A stretch of DNA of 53,083 nucleotides from assembly GCA_043744495.1 (NCBI GenBank), contig JAYTUN010000162.1, forward strand, positions 1 through 53,083, read 5' to 3'. This DNA comes from Ignavibacteria bacterium. GTDB lineage: Bacteria; Bacteroidota; Ignavibacteria; Tepidaquicellales; OLB5. The notes beneath the pieces were generated by a model that ran no database searches, was not told the DNA's origin, and saw only the letters and a program-made list of their open reading frames with translations. The stretch's first letter is position 1, and every line of letters starts with the position of its first letter. Positions 10,170 through 20,734 of the stretch are shown here, one piece after another. Made by a program: the position numbers and the translations under genes.

Positions 10170-11447
10170 ATGTCTTTGTTGAAAGCAAAACTTGCTTCTC
10201 AAGTTCAGAATTTGAAAGATCGAGTTCGGAATTTGGGAAAGAATCACGGCAGTAAAGTTATATCTGAAGTTACAGTTGAACAGGTGATTGGCGGAATGCG
10301 CGGAATTAAAGCTCTTATTTGTGATACATCAGAAGTAGGTTTGGATTATGGTTTGGTTATCCGCGGGATTCCAATTCTTGAGCTTACCGAAAAGTTACCG
10401 GAAGATGTTCTATGGCTTATGTTAACAGGCGAGCTACCCTCAGTGGAAGAATCAAAAGACCTGCAAAAGGAACTGAATGAAAGAATGCACGTCCCTGATT
10501 ATATCTGGAATATTTTAAAAGCATTCCCAAAGGATGCGCATCCTATGATAATGCTGAGCGCGCTTGTTACAGCGCTTGGTTATGAATCAAAGTTCAAACG
10601 CGAATATGATAAAGGATTGAAGAAGGATATGTATTGGGATTATACCCTTGAAGATTCACTTGACCTTATCGCAAAGATGCCCGTAATAGCAGCAGCAATT
10701 TACAGGACAAGATTTGGTAAAGGTGATATTATAAAGCCTAAGAAAGATATTGACTGGGGCGCTAACTATGCTTACATGCTTGGCGTTGAAGGCAACATGG
10801 ATGATTGGTATAAACTTATGAGAATGTATATGATAATTCACTGTGATCATGAAAGCGGAAACGTAAGCGCTTTTACATCTCATGTAGTTGGTTCTGCCCT
10901 GAGCGATGTTTATTATTCGCTTGCTGCCGGATTAAACGGCCTTGCAGGTCCGTTACATGGACTTGCAAACCAGGAATGCCTAAAGTTCGTTCTTGAAACA
11001 TTAAACCATTTCGGCAAAGTACCAACTGATGATGAGCTTAGAAGCTATGCCAAAGAAAGACTGGATAAAGGATTAGTTATTCCCGGGTATGGACATGCAG
11101 TGCTCAGAGTTACAGATCCAAGATTTACTGCTTCTGTAGATTTCGGAAACAAGCTTCTACCGGTTGATGAAAGGTTTGTTCTTGTTAAAAAGATATTCAA
11201 TATTGTGCCTAACCTGCTGATAGAGCAAGGTAAGGCAAAAGATCCATGGCCAAACGTTGATGCAGCAACCGGCGCGCTTTTATATCATTATGGCATTAAG
11301 GAATTTGAATATTATACGGTTATATTCAGCGTATCAAGAGCGCTTGGAATTTGCTCTCAGTTAACATTAAGCCGAGCAATGGGAGAGCCTATTACCAGAC
11401 CTAAATCAGTAACAATGGACTGGCTTGAAAAGACTGTGAATAAATAA
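10170..11447 (+). CDS. gltA: citrate synthase
   Basis: HCDHESGNVSAFTSHVVGSALSD, GPLHGLANQE and GYGHAVLRVTDPR motifs. Confidence 0.93.
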   Translation: MSLLKAKLASQVQNLKDRVRNLGKNHGSKVISEVTVEQVIGGMRGIKALICDTSEVGLDYGLVIRGIPILELTEKLPEDVLWLMLTGELPSVEESKDLQKELNERMHVPDYIWNILKAFPKDAHPMIMLSALVTALGYESKFKREYDKGLKKDMYWDYTLEDSLDLIAKMPVIAAAIYRTRFGKGDIIKPKKDIDWGANYAYMLGVEGNMDDWYKLMRMYMIIHCDHESGNVSAFTSHVVGSALSDVYYSLAAGLNGLAGPLHGLANQECLKFVLETLNHFGKVPTDDELRSYAKERLDKGLVIPGYGHAVLRVTDPRFTASVDFGNKLLPVDERFVLVKKIFNIVPNLLIEQGKAKDPWPNVDAATGALLYHYGIKEFEYYTVIFSVSRALGICSQLTLSRAMGEPITRPKSVTMDWLEKTVNK

Positions 11448-11886
11448 GTACAGGTTGATAACAACAAAGATAACCCCCTTTGAAGATTTACGTTGGAATT
11501 TGATTAAAGTTTAATTGTGGATCATTTAAAATTAAAGATGTACTTACCCCTTTTTAAACTTCCCTCGCTACACTCGTTAAGTCAAGGAAGCAAAGGTGGG
11601 ATAAAAGTCAAAAACTTCTATTGTGTTGCATACTTGTATTTTTTTTTGAATTTATTGATTATTCACATTACGCAAAACATACACTCCTTTCCAAACTCCA
11701 GTTTGGAAAGCATTTTCAGGCGAAACACAGTTTTGTAAAGTAACTGCTAAACTGGAGTTTAGCAGCGAGGGTACGTGTGGTTTTTTTAGTTTAGTTGGGG
11801 TTTATGATTAATTTAATACCATTAAGATAATTTGCGTAAGGTGAGTTAATTAGTGTTAAATTCAGTTAAATAAAATTAATATTTTT

Positions 11887-13014
11887 TTGGAAGAACAGAA
11901 ACAAAATACAGATCAATTACCTTCAGAAGACAATACTGAAAACAATGTAATTGAAGAAGAAGTAATTGAAACCGGGAGCAATGGCGTAATTGGTTATTTA
12001 ATACCTCTGATATTTTGTGTATTTTTATTTGTTGGCTTTTCGCAGGAACCCTTAAATAAAAAATCAGTAAAGCAAGATAACAACGAAGATGAAATCACCT
12101 CGCAGCAAAGAAATATTCCAAAAGTTAACTTTTCTGCATTGCTTGCAGCCGAAGAATTTTCAAAAAATCTGCGTGATACAGTATTTACAGATAGCAATAT
12201 CTGGCTTGAGCTTAGGATAGATAAGCAGATGCTTTATGTTCATTATCGCAACGGAAAAATCGTCACCTACCCGGTTTCTACCGGCAGACCTAATGCAAGC
12301 AAAAGTATTGAAGCACGCCCTGGGCTGTATGCTATTTTTGTTAAAACAGAGGTTCATTTATCTTCGCAATTTAATAATGCACGGCTGAATTATTTTATGC
12401 CCTTTAATATGGGGATAGGCTTTCACGGGCTTCAGGGAACTGGTTATTATGCTTCCCTTGGCAAACAGCCGTCATCACATGGATGCATTAGAATGAGAAA
12501 TGAAGATGTAAAAGTGCTTTTTAAAGAATGTGATATAGGAACTCTTGTTCTTTCGCACAGAGGGTATTCAAACCGTATTGTTGCTTTTGCTCCGGAAGGA
12601 TTTAGAAATGAATTTGAATATACAAAAGATGATTACATGAACATGCTTGCCTATAATCTTGGTTCTATTATGGAAGGTAAGTATTTTATTAATCCTCCCA
12701 AAAAATTTGTGCTTGATGGAAAAATTATTCCCACTAGCGGCATCAATGTGCTAGCAAATACAAAGCTACCTGATAAGCAGATACTGCCTTTTGCTGTTGC
12801 AAAGTTTGATATGATTTCTGATAGACTTGACGATACGCATTTTAGCTCTGCTGGAAATTTAACGGAATTTGATATGCAGAAAGAAAACTTTGGCATAAAT
12901 AAAAGAGATTCTGTTATTACCAGTAATGTTGAGCTGGCAGTTGCTCCTGAATTGATAAAAAAATATGTATATAATCCTTTGGGTGTTTTACCGTATTTTC
13001 CGCCAGATAGATAA
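11887..13014 (+). CDS. L,D-transpeptidase (YkuD domain) with N-terminal membrane anchor
   Basis: GFHGL..SLGKQPSSHGCIRMRNEDV catalytic His/Cys motif. TTG start as called. Confidence 0.85.
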   Translation: MEEQKQNTDQLPSEDNTENNVIEEEVIETGSNGVIGYLIPLIFCVFLFVGFSQEPLNKKSVKQDNNEDEITSQQRNIPKVNFSALLAAEEFSKNLRDTVFTDSNIWLELRIDKQMLYVHYRNGKIVTYPVSTGRPNASKSIEARPGLYAIFVKTEVHLSSQFNNARLNYFMPFNMGIGFHGLQGTGYYASLGKQPSSHGCIRMRNEDVKVLFKECDIGTLVLSHRGYSNRIVAFAPEGFRNEFEYTKDDYMNMLAYNLGSIMEGKYFINPPKKFVLDGKIIPTSGINVLANTKLPDKQILPFAVAKFDMISDRLDDTHFSSAGNLTEFDMQKENFGINKRDSVITSNVELAVAPELIKKYVYNPLGVLPYFPPDR

Positions 13015-13043
13015 TATTTTATAATTTAAAAGTTAAATATAGT

Positions 13044-13343
13044 ATGGTAAAGTTATTAGCAATGTATAAAACCCCTTCAGATATAGAAATGTTTGAAAAG
13101 CATTACTTTGAAAATCACATGCCATTGGTAGATAAAATACCGGGCTTGATAAAGTCAGAAGTATCAAAGCTAAAAGTACTTCCCGGCACAGAATCAGAGT
13201 ATTATATGATGACAGAGATGTATTATGAGGATATGGATGGATTTAATGCAGCAATGGGTTCACCTGAAGGCAAGGCTTCGGCGCGTGACCTGGTTAATTT
13301 TGCCAAAAACAGGGTGGATTTCTTCTTAGGCAAGATAAAATAG
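13044..13343 (+). CDS. EthD-family (TIGR02118-like) small protein
   Basis: 99 aa. MVKLLAMYKTP..FEKHYFENHMPLV..PGL pattern typical of EthD/dimeric alpha-beta barrel proteins. Confidence 0.7.
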   Translation: MVKLLAMYKTPSDIEMFEKHYFENHMPLVDKIPGLIKSEVSKLKVLPGTESEYYMMTEMYYEDMDGFNAAMGSPEGKASARDLVNFAKNRVDFFLGKIK

Positions 13344-13521
13344 AAAAAACGATAGTTTTGACCGTTTTTATTGATAATTTTAGCAAATAGTGGGCTTGTA
13401 TTTATTTTCTTTTTTATCTATAATGCAATTAGAAACATTAAGAAATTGGAACAATATTTGTACAAATTTCGTATAAATATTAAAGAATTTATAAATTGTT
13501 ACATATTTTAACGGAGGTAAT

Positions 13522-14319
13522 ATGGTTACCGATAATATTGAATTACTGCATGATACAGGATACGGAGCATCAGAACTAAAGAAAACATATCAGAAGTATC
13601 TTCAGCGCGGCCTTATTTTCGCAATACTCATCCATGGCTTTATAATAGGCACGTACTTATTTGCTAATTACATAAGCAAGCTTGAAAGCGATAAAAAGAG
13701 CGATATCCAGCAAAGAATTATTAATATAAGCGATCTTGAACCGCCTCCATCAGCAACAGATGAAGATGAGCCGCCTCCGCCAAAACTTGAAGAGCCGCCG
13801 GTTGCCCCGCCAAAAGACCTTACAGCTTTAACACCTGAGCCGGTTGCAAAGGAAAAAGCTGAAGAACAGACAATTAAAACACAGCAGGAGCTTGAAGATA
13901 TTAAATCGCCTGTCGGCAGTAATGATTCAGGCAAGTTCCAATATACAGGCAACTTAAATGTTGAAGAAAAGAAAATTGAAGAGAAGATAGAAAAAAAGGA
14001 AAAAGTAGTTGAAGAAAAATCAGTTTACCAGTCTTTTGAAGTAGAAAAAGCTCCGGAGTGTGTAAACTTATCACAGGTTAGATCTTCAATGAAATATCCT
14101 GAAATTGCAAGAGAAGCAGGAATGGAAGGAAGAGTTACTGTAAAAGTACTTGTTGGACCAGACGGAAATGTAATTAAAGTCGGTTCAGTAAGCGGACCTG
14201 ATGTATTTCATGATGAAGTAAGAGATAAAGCATCAGATCTTCAGTTCACCCCGGGATTACAGAACGGAAAACCCGTAAAAGTATGGGTAACAGTACCGTT
14301 TAACTTCAAGCTGAAATAA
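13522..14319 (+). CDS. TonB-family energy transducer
   Basis: N-terminal TM segment, Pro/Glu-rich spacer (EPPPSATDEDEPPPPKLEEPPVAPP) and C-terminal TonB fold (GRVTVKVLVGPDGNV..V). A strong ggagg SD precedes the ATG. Confidence 0.85.
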   Translation: MVTDNIELLHDTGYGASELKKTYQKYLQRGLIFAILIHGFIIGTYLFANYISKLESDKKSDIQQRIINISDLEPPPSATDEDEPPPPKLEEPPVAPPKDLTALTPEPVAKEKAEEQTIKTQQELEDIKSPVGSNDSGKFQYTGNLNVEEKKIEEKIEKKEKVVEEKSVYQSFEVEKAPECVNLSQVRSSMKYPEIAREAGMEGRVTVKVLVGPDGNVIKVGSVSGPDVFHDEVRDKASDLQFTPGLQNGKPVKVWVTVPFNFKLK

Positions 14320-14384
14320 TCTGAATATTATCTCCATGTTTTTTGCTGCACGTTTTTTGGCTGCCAATAGATACGCTATATTAA

Positions 14385-14618
14385 TTGAAAACACATAATT
14401 ATTTTACAATAGGAATTTCCCTCATCTTTTTGGTGATGGGAATTCTTATTTTAACAGGAGTCTATAACTCGGGCGAGATTTTTAAGAACAACGAAATTTT
14501 CCGATGGATGTTCGGGGGGATACTGGTTGTGTATGGGGTTTTCAGGGCTTATAATGCATATATTAAATTACAGAATCAGGGCAAAAAACTCCGCTATTAC
14601 AATAAGGACGAAGATTAG
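14385..14618 (+). CDS. small two-TM membrane protein, unknown function
   Basis: 77-aa ORF with two hydrophobic helices, sitting between TonB and the PstS-like gene. Start uncertain (TTG). Confidence 0.45.
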   Translation: MKTHNYFTIGISLIFLVMGILILTGVYNSGEIFKNNEIFRWMFGGILVVYGVFRAYNAYIKLQNQGKKLRYYNKDED

Positions 14619-14651
14619 AACAAAATCCTCACTAAAAATGTTAAATAATAT

Positions 14652-15593
14652 ATGAAAGCCGAAGTAAAAAAAATATTGTTATTTACAGCAGTTCTTGGGT
14701 CGCTATGCTTTAGCGCTTGCGACTATACCATGAAGAAATCCGCTTCAACAACAGGCGAGCTTACCGTTGGAGTTGATGAAGGTATATCGCCTGTAGTAAA
14801 AGAAGAAGCTTCGGAGTTTATGAGGCTGAACAATGAATCAAAAATTACCCTTAACATAAAAACGACAAAAGAAGTAATTGCCGATCTTAATAACGGCACA
14901 TATAAAACAGTTGTTGTTGGCAGGGAACTGACAAATGAGGAAGCAGATATATTTGCAGCCAATAAAATTGAAGTTAAAAAAAGTTATTTTGCTCTTGATG
15001 GAATTGGTGTTATTGTTAATCCCAGGAACCTTTTAACCAAACTGAATTTTAACGAGCTTAAAAGGATATTCACCGGCGAGCAAAAGCAGTGGAACGAGCT
15101 TGACGGTGATAATAAAGATGTTTATTCAGGAAAGATCAAAGTTTTTATTGCAAGGAAGAATGCTTCAATACACGATATCTTTAAGCAGAAGGTACTTGCG
15201 GGAGCTGAGTTTGGCGCGGGTGATGTTATCTGCAGTACATCAACACAGATGATGCGCGAGATAAAATCAGATGAGAATGCAATTGGATTTATTTCAATGG
15301 CATGGATAACGGTATCAAACGATACACTTGATGAATCGGTTAAGCCGCTTAAAATTGCTACAGTTGACCCGAATTCAGGAGCCATAGGCAATTATATCGG
15401 ACTTCACCAGGGTTATATAGCAAATATGACATATCCGCTTATAACCAAAGCATACATTTTCTCAACAGATTTTTCGATGAACTTATCGGTAGGTTTTTCA
15501 AGTTTTATGGTATCGTATGACGGGCAGCGGATAGTACTGAAAGCAGGTTTAGTTCCGGTTACGCAGCCTGTAAAGATAATTCAACTGAATTGA
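14652..15593 (+). CDS. PstS-family phosphate-binding lipoprotein
   Basis: Lipobox LCFSAC and the ELKRIFTGEQKQWNELDG motif typical of PstS/PBP-like proteins. Confidence 0.75.
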   Translation: MKAEVKKILLFTAVLGSLCFSACDYTMKKSASTTGELTVGVDEGISPVVKEEASEFMRLNNESKITLNIKTTKEVIADLNNGTYKTVVVGRELTNEEADIFAANKIEVKKSYFALDGIGVIVNPRNLLTKLNFNELKRIFTGEQKQWNELDGDNKDVYSGKIKVFIARKNASIHDIFKQKVLAGAEFGAGDVICSTSTQMMREIKSDENAIGFISMAWITVSNDTLDESVKPLKIATVDPNSGAIGNYIGLHQGYIANMTYPLITKAYIFSTDFSMNLSVGFSSFMVSYDGQRIVLKAGLVPVTQPVKIIQLN

Positions 15594-15882
15594 TACAAAT
15601 ATTTATCTTGATTACAAATATTTACATAAACAATTGCTAAAAACCGAAACAATTGTTCTGAATAAAAACTTTAAATAAAGCTGATATTATTAACAGATGT
15701 TACGCAGAACACGTAAAACCACCTTTTTTGTCATTCCTCCTGAGGCGGGCGGAATCTCGTTTTTAAGCGATTTTTAATGCTGAAACAATACCGTATCAAG
15801 TACGGCACAAGGTTCAGCATGACAGTTGCGTTACATCAGTTATTAATTAAAGAAGAAACAATAAATTTAATATTATTTTACT

Positions 15883-17388
15883 ATGTTTACTAAATATTTA
15901 TTAAGAGCGGTTACGTTTTTTATGATAATTGCTTCTGTTGTTAATGCGCAGGATAACCTGGAAAAAGGAATTGAAGCAGTTAAAAAAGGTGATTACCTGG
16001 GCGGACTTAATTTATTAAAAGGAGTTTTAAAAGATTCTTATGATGCTAACCTTTATTATGGCATAGCGCTATACAACACAGGTTCTTTAAAAGATGCAGA
16101 AAAATTTCTTAAAGACGCTGTCAAAAAAGATGAAGAGCGCCCCGAAGCATATTCAGCTTTAGGTGAGCTTTATACATCACAGAAAAATTACAGCGGTGCA
16201 GCTTCACAATTTGATAATGCTAAAAAATACCTGCCGCTTAACAAGACAAAAGACGACCTTGATAAAGGCGAAATTGAAACAATAATAAATGTACTTAGCG
16301 CAGAAGCGAAAAATTTTATTGCAGATGGTAAAGTTGATAAAGCTATTACATCCTTAACAACAGCAAAGACGTATGATGATAAAAATCCAATGATTTATGT
16401 AGGTTTAGGTGCTGCATATCTTGCACGGGGCGCATTTGAACCCGCTAAATCTAATTATGATCTGGCTTTAAAATATAAGCCAAATTATGCGCCTGCATTA
16501 TACGGTCTTGGAAAAATATCTTTCAAGCAGAAAAAATACAGCGCAGCGCTGGAAAATTACATTAAATCTGCCGAAGCAGACAATAATTTTGCTCCAGCTT
16601 TTTTTGAAAAGGGGCTTATGTTCTACCTGCTTGATAAATACATTGATGCAATAGAAGCGTTTGAAAGATATGACCAGCTTGTACCGGGCTCGCCAAGAGG
16701 TAAAACATATTTCGCAAAATCATATTACGGCAAAGGTGAATATGATAAAGCTATGGAAATACTGAATGAAGTATTGGCTAAAGATCCGGAATACAGCGAA
16801 GCAAATAAATATGCCGCGTATGTAATGATCGAAAAGAAGGAATACGCAAAGGCGGAAGAATTTTTTAAAAAAGTAAAAGTTGAAGATCTTAATGCTGAAG
16901 ATTATCAAAAATGGTCAAAAATTTATGTAGATAAAAAAGAATACTCAAAAGCATATGAATTGCTTAATAAAGCGTTAGCTTTAGATGCAGACGACGAGAA
17001 CACATATTTTGAATACGGGAAAGCATTGTTTGCTGAGCAGAAATACGCGGATGCAAGAATTAAGTTTGGTAAAGCAATTGAACTTGGAATACTTAATGTA
17101 GCGGCTGTAGCGGCTTATGTGTATGCGGGAATTTGTGATTTCTATTTGAACGAATTTGAAAAAGGCATTGACGTTTTAACAAAAAGCATTGATATAAGCC
17201 CTAATGTTGCATCAGCATGGCTATGGAGAGCGAATAATTATGCAAATCTTTCTACTAAGCCAGATGTAAAACCCGAAGATAAAAAATCTCTTGAAGAAAA
17301 AGCATGCGCAGATTACAAGAAGTATCTTGAGTTTGAACCAACCGATGCGTTTACGCTGGAGCAGGTAAAAAAATTCTGCGGACAATAA
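15883..17388 (+). CDS. secreted TPR-repeat protein
   Basis: Signal peptide plus many 34-aa TPR-like units (A..Y..AL...P.Y..A). Confidence 0.8.
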   Translation: MFTKYLLRAVTFFMIIASVVNAQDNLEKGIEAVKKGDYLGGLNLLKGVLKDSYDANLYYGIALYNTGSLKDAEKFLKDAVKKDEERPEAYSALGELYTSQKNYSGAASQFDNAKKYLPLNKTKDDLDKGEIETIINVLSAEAKNFIADGKVDKAITSLTTAKTYDDKNPMIYVGLGAAYLARGAFEPAKSNYDLALKYKPNYAPALYGLGKISFKQKKYSAALENYIKSAEADNNFAPAFFEKGLMFYLLDKYIDAIEAFERYDQLVPGSPRGKTYFAKSYYGKGEYDKAMEILNEVLAKDPEYSEANKYAAYVMIEKKEYAKAEEFFKKVKVEDLNAEDYQKWSKIYVDKKEYSKAYELLNKALALDADDENTYFEYGKALFAEQKYADARIKFGKAIELGILNVAAVAAYVYAGICDFYLNEFEKGIDVLTKSIDISPNVASAWLWRANNYANLSTKPDVKPEDKKSLEEKACADYKKYLEFEPTDAFTLEQVKKFCGQ

Positions 17389-17413
17389 TTATTTATGGAA
17401 GACTAATACGATT

Positions 17414-18784
17414 ATGACTAATCTAACAGATTTTATTAACAGCAATAATGAACGATATTTAAAAGAGCTTAAGCATTTTTTAAGCTATCCAAGTATAAGC
17501 ACAAATTCCGAAAACAAAAAAGATGTACTTGAATGCGCTGAGTATCTTAAGCAGCATATGAAAACTATCGGAATGCAGAATGCAAAGGTTTGCCCAACCA
17601 AGGGTCACCCTGTTGTTTATTCAGAATGGATGAACGCAGGCAAAGATAAACCTACTGTTCTGATATACGGTCATTATGACGTACAGCCTGTTGACCCTAT
17701 TGATCTTTGGACATCACCTCCATTTGAAGCTGATATAAGAGGAGAAAATATTTTTGCACGCGGTTCTGCTGATGATAAAGGGCAGGTTTTTATACACCTT
17801 AAAGCAATTGAAGCACATCTCACTCAAAATAGATTATTACCTGTAAATATAAAGCTTTTAATTGAAGGCGAAGAAGAAATTGGCAGTATGAATCTTGGTG
17901 ATTTTATTAAGGATAACGTAGAGCTGCTTAAATGTGATGTTATCGTAGTATCTGATACATGCATGTTCTCAAAAGATCTGCCTGCATTGGGTTATGCCCT
18001 CAGGGGAATTTGTTATATGCAGGTAGATGTTACGGGACCAAACCGCGATTTGCATTCAGGTCAATACGGCGGTTCGGTTTGTAATCCAATAAATGCTCTT
18101 GCTGAGATGATAACAAAGATGAAAGATGAGAACGGTAAGATATTAATTGACGGATTTTATGATGATGTAACCCCACTGAGCAAGGAAGAAAAAGATAATT
18201 TCGCTAAGTTTCCTTTCAATGATAAAGAATATGCTAATAGTCTTGAAGTAGATGCGCTGGCAGGAGAAAAAGGTTACAGCACGCTTGAAAGGATTTGGTC
18301 AAGACCCACACTTGATTGCAATGGTATTTGGGGCGGCTTTACAGGGGAAGGAACTAAAACGGTTCTTCCTTCAAAAGCATCAGCTAAAATAAGTATGAGG
18401 CTGGTACCAAACCAGGATCCCGATAAAATTGAAAAGCTGTTCATCAATTTCGTAAAGAAGATTGCTCCTAAGGGTATTAAGACAAATGTTTATGGACTGC
18501 ACCACGGAAAGCCGTGGATCTCACCAATTGACAGTAAATGGAATAAAGCGGCTATCAAAGCTTTGAAAGCAGGATTTGGCAAAGAGCCTGTGTTTATGAG
18601 AGAAGGCGGTTCAATTCCTATAGTATTTACACTTGAAGAATACCTTAAAGCACCTACGGTGCTGCTTGGTTTCGGGCTGCCTGATGAGAATGCACACTCG
18701 CCCGATGAACATCTGAACCTGAATAATTTCCAAAATGGAATTTTAACCAGCGCAGATTTCTATGAAGAGATTGCAAAAGCTTAA
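17414..18784 (+). CDS. M20-family dipeptidase / deacylase
   Basis: GHYDVQPVDP..W..PPFE, RGSADDKGQ and EGEEEIGS metal-ligand motifs. Confidence 0.88.
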   Translation: MTNLTDFINSNNERYLKELKHFLSYPSISTNSENKKDVLECAEYLKQHMKTIGMQNAKVCPTKGHPVVYSEWMNAGKDKPTVLIYGHYDVQPVDPIDLWTSPPFEADIRGENIFARGSADDKGQVFIHLKAIEAHLTQNRLLPVNIKLLIEGEEEIGSMNLGDFIKDNVELLKCDVIVVSDTCMFSKDLPALGYALRGICYMQVDVTGPNRDLHSGQYGGSVCNPINALAEMITKMKDENGKILIDGFYDDVTPLSKEEKDNFAKFPFNDKEYANSLEVDALAGEKGYSTLERIWSRPTLDCNGIWGGFTGEGTKTVLPSKASAKISMRLVPNQDPDKIEKLFINFVKKIAPKGIKTNVYGLHHGKPWISPIDSKWNKAAIKALKAGFGKEPVFMREGGSIPIVFTLEEYLKAPTVLLGFGLPDENAHSPDEHLNLNNFQNGILTSADFYEEIAKA

Positions 18785-18986
18785 AACTTTCTATCAAGTT
18801 CTCTCGGATTTGTAGTTTGAGAGATAATTAAAAAATATTATAGGATTGAAATTGTTTTTGCTAACATATATCTTTGACAAAATTCAACAGTAATGGGTTT
18901 TAGTTTCAGCTTACAAACCTGAGAAGACTAATCTATATAACAGCAAACATCAAAATTGTTAATAAACAGAGAGTTAAATAAATATA

Positions 18987-19307
18987 ATGCAGCCAAAAGT
19001 AAAAAGTAAAAAGCTACAATCAAGCAAATCAAAGCAGAAAAGAGAATTTTCATTTCCTCTTGAAAAAGAAAACTTTACGATACTGGGTCTGGGTGTTGCG
19101 CTGCTGATAGTAGGATATATTTTAATGTCGCAAAATTCTGTTGATGGGTTTATGCCTACAGTTGTTGCACCAATACTTCTTGTTGCAGGATATTGTGTTG
19201 TTATACCATACGGAATTATGAAGAGACCAAAAAGCGAGATAACAGAAACTAAAATCGAGCCTGTGACAGAAACTTCTGCAGGAAGCTCAAATATAAAGAC
19301 AAGCTGA
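18987..19307 (+). CDS. DUF3098-like small membrane protein
   Basis: Lys-rich N-terminus, then FPLEKENFTILGLGVALLIVGYILMS and a second TM segment. Confidence 0.6.
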   Translation: MQPKVKSKKLQSSKSKQKREFSFPLEKENFTILGLGVALLIVGYILMSQNSVDGFMPTVVAPILLVAGYCVVIPYGIMKRPKSEITETKIEPVTETSAGSSNIKTS

Positions 19308-19356
19308 CAAGCGGGAACTGTAACGTCCTAAAATAGGTTTACGTTTTTATATTATC

Positions 19357-19384
19357 CCCGGATTGCCTAAGTCCGGGTTTTTTT
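19357..19384 (+). terminator. terminator-like hairpin at the IS end, facing inward
   Basis: Stem cccgga/tccggg with a 9-nt loop, followed by T7 on the plus strand. Confidence 0.45.
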
Positions 19385-20245
19385 ATGTATAAAATCGGGT
19401 GTATCATAATTTAAAGCTAGATGTGGTCTGTAACTGTTATAAAGATTCACAGCTTCTTTAACTGTTTGATATACTTGTTGTTTTGTTTTTAAGATTTTAT
19501 CTAAGCAAAACTCTTCTTTTATTGTTCTATTCATTCTTTCTGCTAATGCATTCTCATATGGATCCGAGTTCTCTGTCATACTCATCGTTATTTTATTTGA
19601 TTCTGCAAGATTTACATATTCGGTGCTGCAATATTGTAACCCTCTGTCAGAATGATGTATAAGTTTTCTATCTGGATATATTCTCTTGCCAATGGCCATC
19701 TGTAATGCTTTAATCGTTTCTGTGGTGCTCATAGAGTCACTGACATTGTATCCCATTATCCTTCTGGAATAGGCGTCTGTTATCATTGACAAATAACAAT
19801 TACCTTCATCTGTTTTAATATACGTTATGTCGCTTACCCATACTTTTTCCGGGCTTTTGATTGTAACTTCTTTAACCTTATTTGGATATTTGCGCATCCA
19901 GTGTCTTGAGTTAGTTGTTTGTATATACTGTCTGCGAGGCTTTATCAACAAGCCTTCTTTACGTAATACATCAAAAAAGCTTATCCCTGCCTGCTTTGAT
20001 ACCTTCTCTGCTCATTTCAGGCTTTATAAGCTTATATAGCTTTCTGGTACCTATTCTGGGTAATATCTTTCTTTGACTGCAAACCAACTCCTTGATCGCT
20101 TCCTTTAGCTGCTCGTGGCTTAATTGTAATTCCTTGTGCTTGTAATAACTTTGCCTTTGATACCCTAATGTTGAGCATACTAATTTAACTCCGTATCTTC
20201 CGGATTCCCGCTCTGCTGCCTGGAAGCTTCCAACAACAGAGGTAA
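19367..20245 (-). pseudogene. IS3 transposase OrfB (rve/DDE integrase domain), extra frame break in a homopolymer
   Basis: The -1 frame downstream of the slippery site reads VLTSV..YGVKLVCSTLGYQRQSYY..IGTRKLYKLI..GRDKLF and then hits a stop in the run at 19973-19978 (A6 on the plus strand). The DDE domain (HHSDRGLQY..NALAERMN) continues in the orfA frame. Confidence 0.8.
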
Positions 20246-20590
20246 GTACTTTTTTCTTATCTGTGTACCTAACATATCATCTGCTATATCTATCGTTCGA
20301 TTCAATATCTCTTTTTCCATCTCCAATCGTTTTACTTTCTTCTCTAATTCTCTTAACTTTTGATGAGGTGTTTGTCTTTCTTTCATCAGTTCTTTATTCT
20401 CCCAATTCAATCTACCATGTTTTCTTAACCATATCAATACCGTTGACTTTCCCTGAATACCATATTTATTCTGTGAATCCTTATAAGTCATATTGCCACT
20501 CTCTACTTCTTCAATTACAGATAATTTAAATGCTAAACTGTAATCTCTTTGAGTCCTTTTAATACCTGTTCTTTCTTCCTGTTCTTTCAT
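20180..20590 (-). CDS. IS3 transposase OrfA (HTH)
   Basis: 136-aa HTH/leucine-zipper-like protein. The slippery heptamer A AAA AAG lies in phase near its 3' end (plus-strand 20239-20245). Confidence 0.88.
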   Translation of the reverse strand: MKEQEERTGIKRTQRDYSLAFKLSVIEEVESGNMTYKDSQNKYGIQGKSTVLIWLRKHGRLNWENKELMKERQTPHQKLRELEKKVKRLEMEKEILNRTIDIADDMLGTQIRKKYLPLLLEASRQQSGNPEDTELN

Positions 20591-20734
20591 TAGTTTACTC
20601 CATTATGTGTAAACTTATTTCAGGACGAGGCAAACATATAATTTTTAAAGGAGACCCAAAAGTTCTCCTTTTTTTATTGCTTGAATATATCATAATAATG
20701 ATATAATTTTGATAAAATTAATACATTATATAAT

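Larger units (their letters stand above)
19319..20632 (-). mobile_element. IS3-family insertion sequence (1314 bp)
   Basis: 25-bp imperfect terminal inverted repeats tgtaacgtcctaaaataggtttacg (19319-19343) and tgtaaacttatttcaggacgaggca (20608-20632), 19/25 matching, with TG..CA ends. Flanked by the direct repeat aac (19316-19318 and 20633-20635). Has the orfA/orfB layout. Confidence 0.9.

Noticed and set aside
11517-11738. 73-aa ORF between gltA and the L,D-transpeptidase gene
   Set aside because: It has a GTG start and a low-complexity translation, and it runs across the palindromic elements.
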